The notes under the pieces are model-generated. The model made no database searches and was not told the origin of the DNA. It saw only the letters and a program-made list of their open reading frames with translations. A stretch of 64,000 nucleotides of DNA from Candidatus Babeliales bacterium (GTDB lineage Bacteria > Babelota > Babeliae > Babelales > JANWKD01). Shown piece by piece: positions 1 through 10,049 of this stretch. The stretch is from NCBI GenBank assembly GCA_963701665.1, contig OY969622.1, positions 1,056,001-1,120,000 of the forward strand, read 5' to 3'. How positions within the stretch are numbered: the stretch's first letter is position 1; each line of letters opens with the position of its first letter. A program made the translations under genes and the position numbers.

Positions 1-1224
1 CAGAGAAACACCGAGCAGTCGCTCAAGAAACGCATGTGATACTGATATAGTGTGAGGCTTGAGTGTTTCACCAACAACTAATAGGGTATGAGGTTTTGTG
101 TATGCAATGTCCGACTGTTGTAAAATTTTCAAAAAACGCTCTAATGCGCTCCCGGTGTTTTCTGGATCTAAACTTTTTTCAAAACGTGTTGAAGCTTCGG
201 TTCTTATTTTGTAATGCAATGATGTTGAGCGGATTGTTTTTGCTACATACGTTGCAGCTTCAACGAAGATATGATTGGTAGCAGAAGTAACGGCAGTTTC
301 TTGACCGCCCATAACACCAGCAAGTGCAATTGGTTTTTTGCCATCGGTGATAACAAGATCACCTTTTTGCAAGGTAATATCATGGCCATCGAGCAGCATG
401 AGGTTCTGGCCGGCACTCGATTCTTTTACCACCAATTGATTGGTTGCAACTTTCTGTGCATCAAAGGCATGTAACGGTTGTCCCCAATCGAACATACTAT
501 AGTTTGTGGCATCAACAAGAGCAGAGATTGGTTTACTATCAACACGAATTAAACGGTGCGCGATTGAAAGAGATGATGCATGATTCGCGCATTGCTCGAC
601 AGAGAGCGCAGCAAAACGTTTGCACGATGGCGCACGATCTATAGCAAGTTTAAAACGGTCTTGGGTAATTTCTTTTTCAGCTATTTTAACAGGAATTTTA
701 ATAATCAGTTCATCTTCAGGCACAAGATCACATTTTAAAAGAGCACCAAACTCTCGTGCTATGCCTCGATGCCCCCATAAATCGGGGCGGTGAGAAAAAT
801 TGATATTATCGATGGTAAGAATATAATCTTCCCGCTCAAAATGTTTCTTCCAGCCGCCTGCACGCTCTTTTTCAGCTACAAATAAAGGTGGAAGTATACT
901 TTCTTTGCTTCCGCCAATATCAGATTCGCGTGCCAGGTGCCATGCGCCATCACGCTGTTTGAGCATAATAAGATCATGAAGCTTAAACTGCTCATGTGAG
1001 GCAAGAGAAAATTCTTTTTTGAGCTCATCACTCGATGCTTTAAGAGTATCCGCAGAAATAGAGGTAATGCGCGCTAAGGTAAAATGGTCTGGGTTAAGGG
1101 TAAGATGCGCAAACGAATCTATTTCTGCGGTAGTAACACTAAAGCGATGGAGCAACGCAGGAATATCATGCTTTTTCCATGATGTCGTGAGATGATCAAA
1201 AATCCATGCAAGCGAGAGTTTCAT
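1..1224 (-). CDS. pheT: Phenylalanine--tRNA ligase beta subunit, N-terminal part (runs off window start)
   Basis: Not in ORF track. Manual translation from ATG at 1224 gives MKLSLAWIFDH...IDNINFSHRPDLWGHRGIAREF...LVDATNYSMFDWGQPLHAFDA, typical PheT B1/B3-4 motifs. Confidence 0.93.
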   Translation of the reverse strand, partial: MKLSLAWIFDHLTTSWKKHDIPALLHRFSVTTAEIDSFAHLTLNPDHFTLARITSISADTLKASSDELKKEFSLASHEQFKLHDLIMLKQRDGAWHLARESDIGGSKESILPPLFVAEKERAGGWKKHFEREDYILTIDNINFSHRPDLWGHRGIAREFGALLKCDLVPEDELIIKIPVKIAEKEITQDRFKLAIDRAPSCKRFAALSVEQCANHASSLSIAHRLIRVDSKPISALVDATNYSMFDWGQPLHAFDAQKVATNQLVVKESSAGQNLMLLDGHDITLQKGDLVITDGKKPIALAGVMGGQETAVTSATNHIFVEAATYVAKTIRSTSLHYKIRTEASTRFEKSLDPENTGSALERFLKILQQSDIAYTKPHTLLVVGETLKPHTISVSHAFLERLLGVSL

Positions 1225-1372
1225 CGTTGCGCTAACCTTTCCCATAAAAATATTCAGCACTCGTATGTGATATAATACGAGAAAAAGTAAAAAGCTTCAA
1301 ATTACTCCATGTATATTTTTATTCTCGATATATTAAATTTTACTGAGCAAATTTAATATTGAAAACAAAATT

Positions 1373-1478
1373 GTCATTGCGAGCGAATGCGTGGCAATCC
1401 AATTATAAAATTAGTTCCTTTGAAGAATTAAGGATTTAATTAAAGTTTGGATCCCCACGGCTAAAGCCTCGGGATGAC
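1373..1478 (+). repeat. Palindromic intergenic repeat, copy 1 (core)
   Basis: GTCATTGCGAG-cgaatg-CGTGGCAATCCA...TGGATCCCCACG-gctaaagc-CTCGGGATGAC. Confidence 0.95.
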
Positions 1479-1589
1479 ATCCTTGCTGATCCTATCGAAT
1501 TTTCGTTCAGTATTCTCTTGTGCTTAGAAATTGAATATGGGTATGGTAACGCTGAAATTTATCCTTACCATCTTCAAAGGAGTTTTGGG

Positions 1590-2015
1590 ATGAAGAATCT
1601 TTTTTTAATACATGCGTTCGTTGGTATAGTTCTTATATACACCTTTGAAAACAAAGCCATGCAATCACCACAAAAAAAAGAAGCCGAAAAACTAGTAGCC
1701 CTCTGTTTAGCAACGATAGAAAAACATAAACAGCAGTTGAAATCCAAAGTAACGGAGCAACAAGCTGATCTTTTTGGTAAATTTTTATTGGGTCACTTCA
1801 ATAGCAAGGCAATTTCAGGCTACGGGTATATGTTACATGCAGAATTATGCCCTAATAACATTGTACTTAATCAAGATATTGTTAAAGACGCTAATAATGC
1901 ATTAAAAAAAACGGTACGAGAAAAAAAGCACTTTTTTGAGCAGCTTCCCGAATTATGCAATAAATCACTGTTAGATTTTTCTCAGCAAAGACTGCGTCTT
2001 TCTTTAACCGCCTGA
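1590..2015 (+). CDS. Secreted hypothetical protein
   Basis: AAGGAG RBS before ATG 1590; hydrophobic N-terminus ending ENKA|MQ. Confidence 0.7.
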   Translation: MKNLFLIHAFVGIVLIYTFENKAMQSPQKKEAEKLVALCLATIEKHKQQLKSKVTEQQADLFGKFLLGHFNSKAISGYGYMLHAELCPNNIVLNQDIVKDANNALKKTVREKKHFFEQLPELCNKSLLDFSQQRLRLSLTA

Positions 2016-2438
2016 AAATCGGTTATCCCTCATAAAAGCTTGTTGCACACTCTTAAGCATAGTAACCTGTTGGGCACTATCTTCAGTATATTTTTGTTGT
2101 AATGCTTCATGAGCACGTCGTAGTAATTCATTTTCCTGCTTTTGTTCATTAATTTGTGCTTGTTGTTGAGTATTTTGCACTCTTAAATCAGTGATCTCCT
2201 GTTTCTGTTCATCAATCTGCACTTGTTGTTTATCACGTCCTTCTTTGAATAATTTCATCGCAAGAAAAACAGCGTTAGCCGCTTTCAAAATGTTACCCTC
2301 ACGCATATCATTTTCTAATTCTTGCCATACTGAACCGAGAGGGTCCACTATGTTTTCCCGAGAGGTAGTCGATGATTCATCAGCATATGCCAAGCGACAC
2401 ATAAGAAGACAAACAATAAGAGAGCAACGGTTTTTCAT
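2004..2438 (-). CDS. Secreted coiled-coil hypothetical protein
   Basis: Signal peptide ending AYA|D; Gln-rich heptads with an internal repeat (QIDEQKQE / QINEQKQE). Confidence 0.7.
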   Translation of the reverse strand: MKNRCSLIVCLLMCRLAYADESSTTSRENIVDPLGSVWQELENDMREGNILKAANAVFLAMKLFKEGRDKQQVQIDEQKQEITDLRVQNTQQQAQINEQKQENELLRRAHEALQQKYTEDSAQQVTMLKSVQQAFMRDNRFSGG

Positions 2439-2573
2439 AGATATATACCTTTGAAAAAAGAGGGTTAATTTCATACGGATCCAAGTATATAAAAAAGCAT
2501 ATAATTGGAAAGGATTTTAAAAAAATGATATACTGTTGCCACGTTTTTTTGTTGTTAATGCTTGGGTATATTC

Positions 2574-3506
2574 ATGGGAAAAATTCTTCTTTTTTATAAA
2601 TACGTTGATATCGTTTACCCTGAACAAATTCGAAAATGGCAACATCGTGTATGCTCTGCATTAGGACTCAAAGGCCGCGTTATCATTGCTCATGAAGGCA
2701 TTAATGGTACCGTTGGCGGTAATCCCGATGCACTCGAACTCTATAAAAAAGAAATGTTCACGCACTCGTTATTTACCGACATTGATTTTAAAGAAAGCGA
2801 GGGCGGCAAAGACTTTTTTCCTCGCATGCGCATTGTCGTAAAACAAGAAATTACTCATTTAGGGCTTGATCCACAAAAAATTCGAGCGGCTGATGGCGGC
2901 CAGCATTTAACGCCAGAGGAAACTCATCGCCTCCTTTCAAACCCTCCTGAGAACTTAGTCATTCTTGATGCGCGTAATGAATATGAATCACGCATCGGTG
3001 CATTCACTAATGCAATAAAACCACCTATCCAATATTTTCGCGAATTTCCCGCTTATGTTGATGAACACCTTAATGATTTTAAAGATAAAGAAGTGCTCAT
3101 GTATTGCACTGGTGGCATTCGCTGTGAACGCGCGTCTAGCTATTTAAAATCAAAAAATGCCGCTAAAAAAGTGTATCAGATACAAGGCGGCATTCATCGC
3201 TATGCAGAACAATTTCCCGATGGCTTTTTTCGCGGCAAAAATTATGTATTTGATGGCAGAATCGCGGTCAAAGTTAACGAAGATATTTTATCAACCTGCG
3301 AATTGTGCGCCATTTCTTATGACGAATTCACTAATTGCATAAATGCATCATGCAATAAACAGTTCATTGTATGCCCATCATGCATCATAAAAACCAGTGA
3401 GACGTGCAGCGCCATCTGCCAAAAGCTCGTTACTGAAAAAAAAGTTACCATTCGCACAAAATCTCGAAAAGTGACGAGTGTTCACGAAACGGCTTGTAAT
3501 GTATGA
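2574..3506 (+). CDS. trhO: Rhodanese-domain tRNA uridine(34) hydroxylase (UPF0176)
   Basis: LLFYKY, EGINGT, LDARNEYE, MYCTGGIRCE, GKNYVFDGR motifs. Confidence 0.92.
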   Translation: MGKILLFYKYVDIVYPEQIRKWQHRVCSALGLKGRVIIAHEGINGTVGGNPDALELYKKEMFTHSLFTDIDFKESEGGKDFFPRMRIVVKQEITHLGLDPQKIRAADGGQHLTPEETHRLLSNPPENLVILDARNEYESRIGAFTNAIKPPIQYFREFPAYVDEHLNDFKDKEVLMYCTGGIRCERASSYLKSKNAAKKVYQIQGGIHRYAEQFPDGFFRGKNYVFDGRIAVKVNEDILSTCELCAISYDEFTNCINASCNKQFIVCPSCIIKTSETCSAICQKLVTEKKVTIRTKSRKVTSVHETACNV

Positions 3507-4486
3507 AAATTTCAGCACTCGATCATACACCGCGCACGTTGCAGCCTTATATACAAGAACATGTTCCGCTCAACGATAAAAATTGGTTTCAAACGGGCGG
3601 TAATGCACGATACTTTGCAACGCCACAGACTCCTTTAGAATTCCAACAAACAATCACCTTTGCACACGAGCATCAGCTTCCATTATGTTTGCTTGGCCAA
3701 GGCGCTAATATACTTATCAGCGATGAAGGGTTTGATGGCATCATCGTGAAACCAGCTTTAAATGGCATCACACACATACCATGCGATACAACATCAGTGC
3801 TCGTTACAGCACAAACCAATGTAACTATGGATGCGCTTATTAATTATTGTTTAGATAATCAGATTTTGGGACTTGAAGAATTTAGTGGCATTCCCGGCAC
3901 TATCGGCGGATCGGTGTACATTAATTTACATTATTTCCAATTTTTGCTGAGCCAATTCCTTACTAGCGCTGTTGTTTTAGAAAAACAACATGGCACACTG
4001 CTCTCGGTTGATAATGCCTGGTTCAATTTTGGCTACAATTATTCAACGCTCCACAATGAAAATCACTATTTAATGGAAGCAACCTTTCTTTTGAAACGCG
4101 GTTCTGAACATGAAATTTCTTATGCCCGCGGCAGACGTGCTGAAATCATACGACACCGCGCAAGTCGCTATCCGAACAAAAATACGTGCGGCAGCTTCTT
4201 TAGAAATTTTTATGATAACGAAGTTGAGCTCGTTCAGCATGGCAAAAAAATTATTTTTGTTGCGTACTATTTAGATTCACTCGGCATAAAAGGAAAATTG
4301 CGCGTTGGTGATGCGATTATTTCTTATCAACATGCCAATATGATTGTTAATCTCGGCAATGCAACAAGCAGCGATATTATTGCGCTTGCAAGAAAGATGC
4401 AAACACTCGTTTTAGATGCCTACGGCATTCTCCCGCAACCGGAGTGTCGTCTTATTGGCTTTAAAGAATATCCATTATTACAATAA
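3503..4486 (+). CDS. murB: UDP-N-acetylmuramate dehydrogenase
   Basis: GQGANILISD, GIPGTIGG, GSFFRN, HANMIVN, PE motifs; ATGA overlap with trhO. Confidence 0.93.
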   Translation: MKISALDHTPRTLQPYIQEHVPLNDKNWFQTGGNARYFATPQTPLEFQQTITFAHEHQLPLCLLGQGANILISDEGFDGIIVKPALNGITHIPCDTTSVLVTAQTNVTMDALINYCLDNQILGLEEFSGIPGTIGGSVYINLHYFQFLLSQFLTSAVVLEKQHGTLLSVDNAWFNFGYNYSTLHNENHYLMEATFLLKRGSEHEISYARGRRAEIIRHRASRYPNKNTCGSFFRNFYDNEVELVQHGKKIIFVAYYLDSLGIKGKLRVGDAIISYQHANMIVNLGNATSSDIIALARKMQTLVLDAYGILPQPECRLIGFKEYPLLQ

Positions 4487-4511
4487 CATTTTTTTAAAAG
4501 AGAGGAATTCT

Positions 4512-5213
4512 ATGTACATTATATTTTTTTCATTCTTCTTATTGTTTTTTCAGCAAAACCTAGCTATGGAAGAAAAGAATCCCTGCACCAAAGCTGATAA
4601 CGTAGATCAAGTTGCGCAAGAAATAGATACCCTATCTCTACGTTCAGAAAAGCCCACAAAAACAAAAAAAGTTTCTCTTCAAGAGTGGTGGTTTCTTCAA
4701 GAAAATAAATCACCGTTCACGGTGCTCAATATAGATCCTTATACATCAAAAGAAGAAATATGTAATGCGCTATCAAGAATCCCCGATAATGAAACGGACA
4801 GAGATAAAGTATGCGCACAACTTGCTTTGACACGACATGCTTTGTTGGAAACTAGGGCTGATATAGAAATCGAAAAGTTCCGCAGTCAACTTCGTACTAA
4901 TAAACAAGACGAATCGACAATAAAGGTCATACAAGATGCCTGCAAATTCATAGAGTTATACCGTGTTACCCCTTCATTTTGTATTGCTTTTTTTCAAGAG
5001 GCAAACGACATAATACTTAAAAAATTTCCTCTCAGTACAGTGCCAGAAAAAAAAGATCTAATGGAGATAGCACTTAGGCAAAGAGTTCTTTTGGATAAAT
5101 TTGAAGAGCATAATATATCTTCAGACGATCCAAGTTACACCATGGCTGCGTGGAAAAAAGATTTAGCCGCGGTATTTAAGCACCTGCTGAAAGCACAAAG
5201 CAAAGATTCATAA
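4512..5213 (+). CDS. Secreted protein with degenerate J-domain-like segment
   Basis: RBS GAGGA; signal peptide NLA|MEE; SPFTVLNIDPYTSKEEI resembles J-domain helix I/II but there is no HPD. Confidence 0.65.
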   Translation: MYIIFFSFFLLFFQQNLAMEEKNPCTKADNVDQVAQEIDTLSLRSEKPTKTKKVSLQEWWFLQENKSPFTVLNIDPYTSKEEICNALSRIPDNETDRDKVCAQLALTRHALLETRADIEIEKFRSQLRTNKQDESTIKVIQDACKFIELYRVTPSFCIAFFQEANDIILKKFPLSTVPEKKDLMEIALRQRVLLDKFEEHNISSDDPSYTMAAWKKDLAAVFKHLLKAQSKDS

Positions 5214-5301
5214 TTAACAGGCTCCAAAATCCATTGATTACTTTGCCCATTAGGTAGTATTGTTCTCATAAATAACTCACTATTCTTGATTGAGGATTTT
5301 T

Positions 5302-6690
5302 ATGAACAATACATTAAAGATTCTATTGTTGCTTTTGTTTCTCATTTTTCGACCCTTTCCATCGGTAGGGATGGAAGAAGCAAAACCCAATTATTATGAA
5401 ATTTTAGGAGTCGAAAAAACAGCATCGTCTGCTGAAATCAAAAAAGCTTATTATAAATTGGCGCAAAAATGGCATCCTGATAAATGGACAACAGGGACAC
5501 CGGAAGAATATAATCGCGCACAAGAAAAATTTAAAGAAATCTCGGTAGCTTACGGCGTACTTGGTGATGAACAAAAAAGGGCAGCGTATGATAGTGGAGT
5601 TTCAGGCATTGATCTAAGTAATGTTATACCGGTAGAACAATTGATTGCAATGCTAAATAAAATAGATTTTTGGATTAAATTATACTCGGGAGAAAGTGCT
5701 TACGAAACGTTGCGGGTGGAAAAAAATGCAACTCAAGAAGAAATTGAATCAAGCTATCAAGCTATAAAAAAATCAACTACGGATAAAAACAACCTGAAAA
5801 AATTGGACTTAGCCAAAGAAATCCTAACCCCTCCAAGTAGATCATTATATAATTTAAAATTAGATTGGCTGCAGCATAAACAATTAAAAATTAATATTCA
5901 CCATTGGGTAAAATTATATCCTGAAGAAAATCCTTATACTATTTTACATGTTCAAGAACATGATTCGCCTGAAAAAGCAGAAGAAGAATATCAATTACTA
6001 TTAAAAAAAATAAATAGCGATGCCTCAATCTCTCAAAAAGATCGCAAACAACTTGTTGAAAAACTCAACTTAGCAAAGCAAATAGTTATTAACGATAAAG
6101 ATAAAATCTATGCTAAAGTTGCACTCACTATAAAACAAGGAAAATATCTCGAACACATAAACAAATTAATCAAAACAATAAAAGATCAAAAAGATCTTAG
6201 TAAAAAATTTGAATACATACAGAACTTATTAAAAGCCACCAAAAGATTCAACTTTAACGACGTTATCGATTTTTCTATTTTGCAAGAGAGAGTTACCCCC
6301 GAAACCATGGTTGTTGTTAGAAGGGTTCTAGCTAAGATGGATATTCTAGAAATGCTTCTTGACACTCTAGAAAGTCACATAAAAAATACCTCACCACAAG
6401 AAATCCCAATTTTAATAAAAATTAGTAAAAAAGGTCTAAAAAACTTTAAAAGATGGCAAGGTGAAGATCTTATTAAAAACTCGTATACTTTAAAAGATAA
6501 ATTAGAAAAAAAGAAAATGAGTTATCCAGATCTTCTTATGAAGTATCAAAGAGAATTAGAAAAAAGTAAACAAATGCATCCTCAAGCTCCAATAAAGCAC
6601 CCAACCCAAAAAACTTCTCAAATCCTACAAAATAATTTACATGAATTATACGGGACGTTGAGAACCTTAGAGAATATTTTGCTTGCATGA
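5302..6690 (+). CDS. Secreted DnaJ-domain protein (one intact and two degenerate J-like repeats)
   Basis: Signal peptide [14 protein letters not shown]...[13 protein letters not shown]...KRAAYD; later AYETLRV and NPYTILHV repeats. Confidence 0.85.
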   Translation: MNNTLKILLLLLFLIFRPFPSVGMEEAKPNYYEILGVEKTASSAEIKKAYYKLAQKWHPDKWTTGTPEEYNRAQEKFKEISVAYGVLGDEQKRAAYDSGVSGIDLSNVIPVEQLIAMLNKIDFWIKLYSGESAYETLRVEKNATQEEIESSYQAIKKSTTDKNNLKKLDLAKEILTPPSRSLYNLKLDWLQHKQLKINIHHWVKLYPEENPYTILHVQEHDSPEKAEEEYQLLLKKINSDASISQKDRKQLVEKLNLAKQIVINDKDKIYAKVALTIKQGKYLEHINKLIKTIKDQKDLSKKFEYIQNLLKATKRFNFNDVIDFSILQERVTPETMVVVRRVLAKMDILEMLLDTLESHIKNTSPQEIPILIKISKKGLKNFKRWQGEDLIKNSYTLKDKLEKKKMSYPDLLMKYQRELEKSKQMHPQAPIKHPTQKTSQILQNNLHELYGTLRTLENILLA

Positions 6691-6764
6691 AAGCTAGCGC
6701 TTTTAAAAGCTATGTTTATACTGTAATAAGAAACATTTTTTTATTATTTTAGTTTTTTATTACC

Positions 6765-7439
6765 GTGAATGAATTCATTTTTTTACTACAAACAGTATTT
6801 ATCACTATGTGTGCCCTCGGCGCTACAGCCTGGGGCAGAGAAGCACTCGCCTGTTTTGTATGCCTGATGAGCATCTTTGCCAACATATTTATTGCCAAGC
6901 AAATCCCTTTATTTGGCTTGCACGTCACCGCAACGGATAGTTTAAGCATCGGCGTGAGCTTGGGTTTGAACTTACTGCAGGAATACTTTGGTAGAGCTTT
7001 GGCAAGAAAAGTGATTCTTCTGAGCTTTGTCGCAGGTATACTCGTTACCCTACTTTCCCAATTGCATCTATTGTATGTCCCAAGTCTTTTTGATGTCACC
7101 CAGCATCATTACCTGGCAATCTTTGGCATGATGCCACGCATCATGCTTGCCTCATTTACCACGTATCTTATAGTTCAGTACACGGAAACTCTTGTATATG
7201 CCTGGCTACAAAAACGATTACCTGCTGCATTGCTTATGCGCAATTTTTTTTCCATTGCCTGTTGTCAATTGCTTGATACGGTTCTTTTCAGTTTCTTGGG
7301 CCTTTATGGCACCGTTGAGCATATTTGGGATATTGTTTTAGTAAGTTACACCATAAAAATGATAGTTTTATCATTATCTACACCCTTTTTGTGGTTTTGC
7401 AAAAAACATATCTTGGCAGCGCAGGTTCAACAGCTATGA
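6765..7439 (+). CDS. yhhQ: Queuosine precursor transporter (YhhQ/VUT family)
   Basis: Membrane protein with ANIFIAKQI, QEYFG, PRIMLAS, QLLDTVLF motifs; translationally coupled to tgt. Confidence 0.88.
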   Translation: MNEFIFLLQTVFITMCALGATAWGREALACFVCLMSIFANIFIAKQIPLFGLHVTATDSLSIGVSLGLNLLQEYFGRALARKVILLSFVAGILVTLLSQLHLLYVPSLFDVTQHHYLAIFGMMPRIMLASFTTYLIVQYTETLVYAWLQKRLPAALLMRNFFSIACCQLLDTVLFSFLGLYGTVEHIWDIVLVSYTIKMIVLSLSTPFLWFCKKHILAAQVQQL

Positions 7440-8566
7440 CGCCGTTTCGTTTTGAACTCATCCACTCGTCAAAAAAATCACGCGCACGCGTTGGCAGAAT
7501 TCACACAGCTCATGGGATCATCGATACGCCAAACTTTGTTGCGGTCGGCACGAACGCAAGCCTAAAGGCACTCGACAGCAGCATGATCGAGCAACTTGGC
7601 CTGCAGCTTATGTTCTGCAACACCTATCACTTAATGGTGCAACCGGGTACTGATATCATTAAGAAAGCCGGCGGATTACATACCTTTATGCATCGCAAAG
7701 CACCCATTATTACCGATTCGGGTGGGTTTCAAGTTTTTAGCTTAGCGTACGGCACCGTACATGATGAACTGAAAAGTCGAGGGTCAAAAAAACAAGATGG
7801 TTCGGTACTTAAAATTTCTGAAGAAGGCGTATTATTCCGTTCATACCGCGATGGCAGCCCACTTTTGCTCACGCCAGAATCGTCCATTGAGGCACAAAAA
7901 GATCTTGGTGCTGATATTATTATCCCGTTAGATGAACTGCCCCCGTATCATATTGATCAGCACGCGCTCGAAAAATCCCTGGAGCGTACGCATCGCTGGG
8001 AAAAACGCTCGCTTGAACATCATCTAAAAGACGCGCGACATCAAGCGATGTATTCCGTGATTCATGGTGGCGTTGATCCGTTATTGCGCAAGAAAAGCTG
8101 TGCCTTTTTGGCAGCGCTTCCCTTTGATGGGCACGCAATTGGCGGCAGTTTGGGAAAAAATCGCGAAGAGATGATCGCTATGCTCACTGAGCTTATGCCA
8201 TTGCTCCCCACTGAAAAACCAAATCATTTACTGGGGATTGGCGACTTGGCCTCGCTTGATAGTGCCGTTCGTTTGGGGATTGATACGTTTGATAGTTCAC
8301 ACCCAACTCGATGCGCTCGCCATGGCCTCTTATTTACTTCACGCGGCAATATTAAAATTACACACGGCAGTAATAAATATGCACTCGGGCCCATTGATGA
8401 TGCATGCGCGTGCTTTGTATGTAAACATCACTCGCTTGCCTATCTTCATCATTTATATAAAGCGCACGAATTAACCGGATATTCTCTTGCCACAATTCAT
8501 AATCTTCATTTTATGATACGGCGTATGCAAGAGTATCGAGAGAAAATTTTATTAGATGAAATCTAA
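7436..8566 (+). CDS. tgt: tRNA-guanine transglycosylase
   Basis: ARVG, NTYHL, TDSGGFQVFSL, HLLGIG, FDSSHPTR, Zn-binding CxCxxC and HNL motifs. Confidence 0.95.
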   Translation: MTPFRFELIHSSKKSRARVGRIHTAHGIIDTPNFVAVGTNASLKALDSSMIEQLGLQLMFCNTYHLMVQPGTDIIKKAGGLHTFMHRKAPIITDSGGFQVFSLAYGTVHDELKSRGSKKQDGSVLKISEEGVLFRSYRDGSPLLLTPESSIEAQKDLGADIIIPLDELPPYHIDQHALEKSLERTHRWEKRSLEHHLKDARHQAMYSVIHGGVDPLLRKKSCAFLAALPFDGHAIGGSLGKNREEMIAMLTELMPLLPTEKPNHLLGIGDLASLDSAVRLGIDTFDSSHPTRCARHGLLFTSRGNIKITHGSNKYALGPIDDACACFVCKHHSLAYLHHLYKAHELTGYSLATIHNLHFMIRRMQEYREKILLDEI

Positions 8567-8616
8567 AATAACGTAAAAAAATTGTTTTTTGGTATAGTGA
8601 CATATGCGAACGCAAT

Positions 8617-8716
8617 GTCATCCCGAGGAGCAAAGCGACGTGGGGATCCAAACTTTAATTAATCCTTAAAGGAACTAATTTTATAATTGGATTGCCACGC
8701 ATTCGCTCGCAATGAC
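8617..8716 (-). repeat. Palindromic intergenic repeat, copy 2 (core, inverted)
   Basis: GTCATCCCGAG...CGTGGGGATCCA...TGGATTGCCACG-cattcg-CTCGCAATGAC. Confidence 0.95.
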
Positions 8717-8746
8717 AGAATTTGATAATTTTAAAGAAAAGGCTTT

Positions 8747-9070
8747 ATGAAAATAGTATCGTCATCATTATGGTTAAGCTTGCTGTGTATCATTTTTAAC
8801 AATGCTTATTCTATGGATCCAGGAACAATGGATCGAGAAGTAGAGGGCATGATTCATCAGAGAACAATATACTATAAGTTTGAACCTTCGGCAGACCCAA
8901 AGCAAATTCGACCATTCATTACGGGCATAAAAGAAGTCTTTGTCTATGAACTGGCTAATGTAGAAAATTCTTCTCCTAATATAGTAAATGAACATCAATC
9001 TGAAAAAAATTATCTCGCAGAAATATTTTTTGCCCTTTGCTGCTATAGCAGTCAAGAACATGAGTTATGA
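8747..9070 (+). CDS. Small secreted hypothetical protein
   Basis: Signal peptide AYS|MD; ATGA overlap with the next gene. Confidence 0.65.
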   Translation: MKIVSSSLWLSLLCIIFNNAYSMDPGTMDREVEGMIHQRTIYYKFEPSADPKQIRPFITGIKEVFVYELANVENSSPNIVNEHQSEKNYLAEIFFALCCYSSQEHEL

Positions 9071-9813
9071 AAATAATCAGTTCGCTGCAAAATCCAGAGA
9101 TCAAATCTATTGCACAGCTCGCTCAAGCAAAATATCGCTATGAACAACGGCGCTTTATCGCCGAAGGTTTGCGTACGTGCGCAACACTTATCGATGCCGG
9201 TGCAAACTTGCAGATGCTCTATGTTGTTCCTAAGTTCGCTCACGAAGCACAAGAATTGTCTTCAGCTGAACACGTAACAGAAGTGTCTGAAGCGATCATA
9301 AAAAAAATAAGCACAACAAGTTCACCAAGTGGGATTGTAGGAGTTTTTTCATTGCCGCAGGAGTCTTCACCTGAACAACTTTCACCCGGTATTGTGCTTG
9401 TCGATATTCAAGATCCAGGAAACGCTGGAACGCTTATACGCACCTGTGCAGCGATGGGAAAAAAGACCGTTGTTTTTGTCGGCGGGGTTGATCCATGGCA
9501 TCCGAAAGTTATTCAAGCGTGCGCAGGAACTATTGCACTCGTTACTATTTTTCAACTTTCATGGCATGATTTGCTTGCACACAAACAACAATTATCATTG
9601 TGTGCACTCGTTGTACAAGGCGGCAACAAAGCTGAAGATTTAAAATTATCAGATACACTTTTAGTTGTTGGCAATGAAGCACATGGATTATCGGCAACAG
9701 TAATTGAACAATGTGAACAAAAACTCACGTTACCAATGCCCGGAAACACCGAAAGTCTTAATGCCGCTGTGGCAGGATCTGTTGCATTATATTTGGCATG
9801 GCACACTTCATAA
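9067..9813 (+). CDS. SpoU/TrmH-family RNA 2'-O-methyltransferase
   Basis: FIAEG, IQDPGNAGTLIR, VGNEAHG, ESLNAAVAG motifs. Confidence 0.92.
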   Translation: MKIISSLQNPEIKSIAQLAQAKYRYEQRRFIAEGLRTCATLIDAGANLQMLYVVPKFAHEAQELSSAEHVTEVSEAIIKKISTTSSPSGIVGVFSLPQESSPEQLSPGIVLVDIQDPGNAGTLIRTCAAMGKKTVVFVGGVDPWHPKVIQACAGTIALVTIFQLSWHDLLAHKQQLSLCALVVQGGNKAEDLKLSDTLLVVGNEAHGLSATVIEQCEQKLTLPMPGNTESLNAAVAGSVALYLAWHTS

Positions 9814-9866
9814 GGTAATATTGTATTTAACGCGAATTCGATATAAATTATACAATTAGCAAGAAT

Positions 9867-9975
9867 GTCTTCCCGAGGAACGTAGTGACGTGGGGATCCA
9901 GAACTTCAATACATTCCTTATATGAAATAATTTTATTATCTGGGTTGCCACGCCCTTAACAGGGCTCGCAATGAC
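9867..9975 (-). repeat. Palindromic intergenic repeat, copy 3 (core, inverted; outer inverted repeats span 9828-10034)
   Basis: GTCTTCCCGAG...CGTGGGGATCCAG...CTGGGTTGCCACG-cccttaacaggg-CTCGCAATGAC. Confidence 0.95.
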
Positions 9976-10049
9976 ATTTTTTTTCTATAATATGCGTTTC
10001 CTACGGCACAGTCATATACATCGAATTCTCATTATTTTGTAAGGTACTT

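Noticed and set aside
63..644. Three short plus-strand ORFs
   Set aside because: Antisense shadows of pheT.
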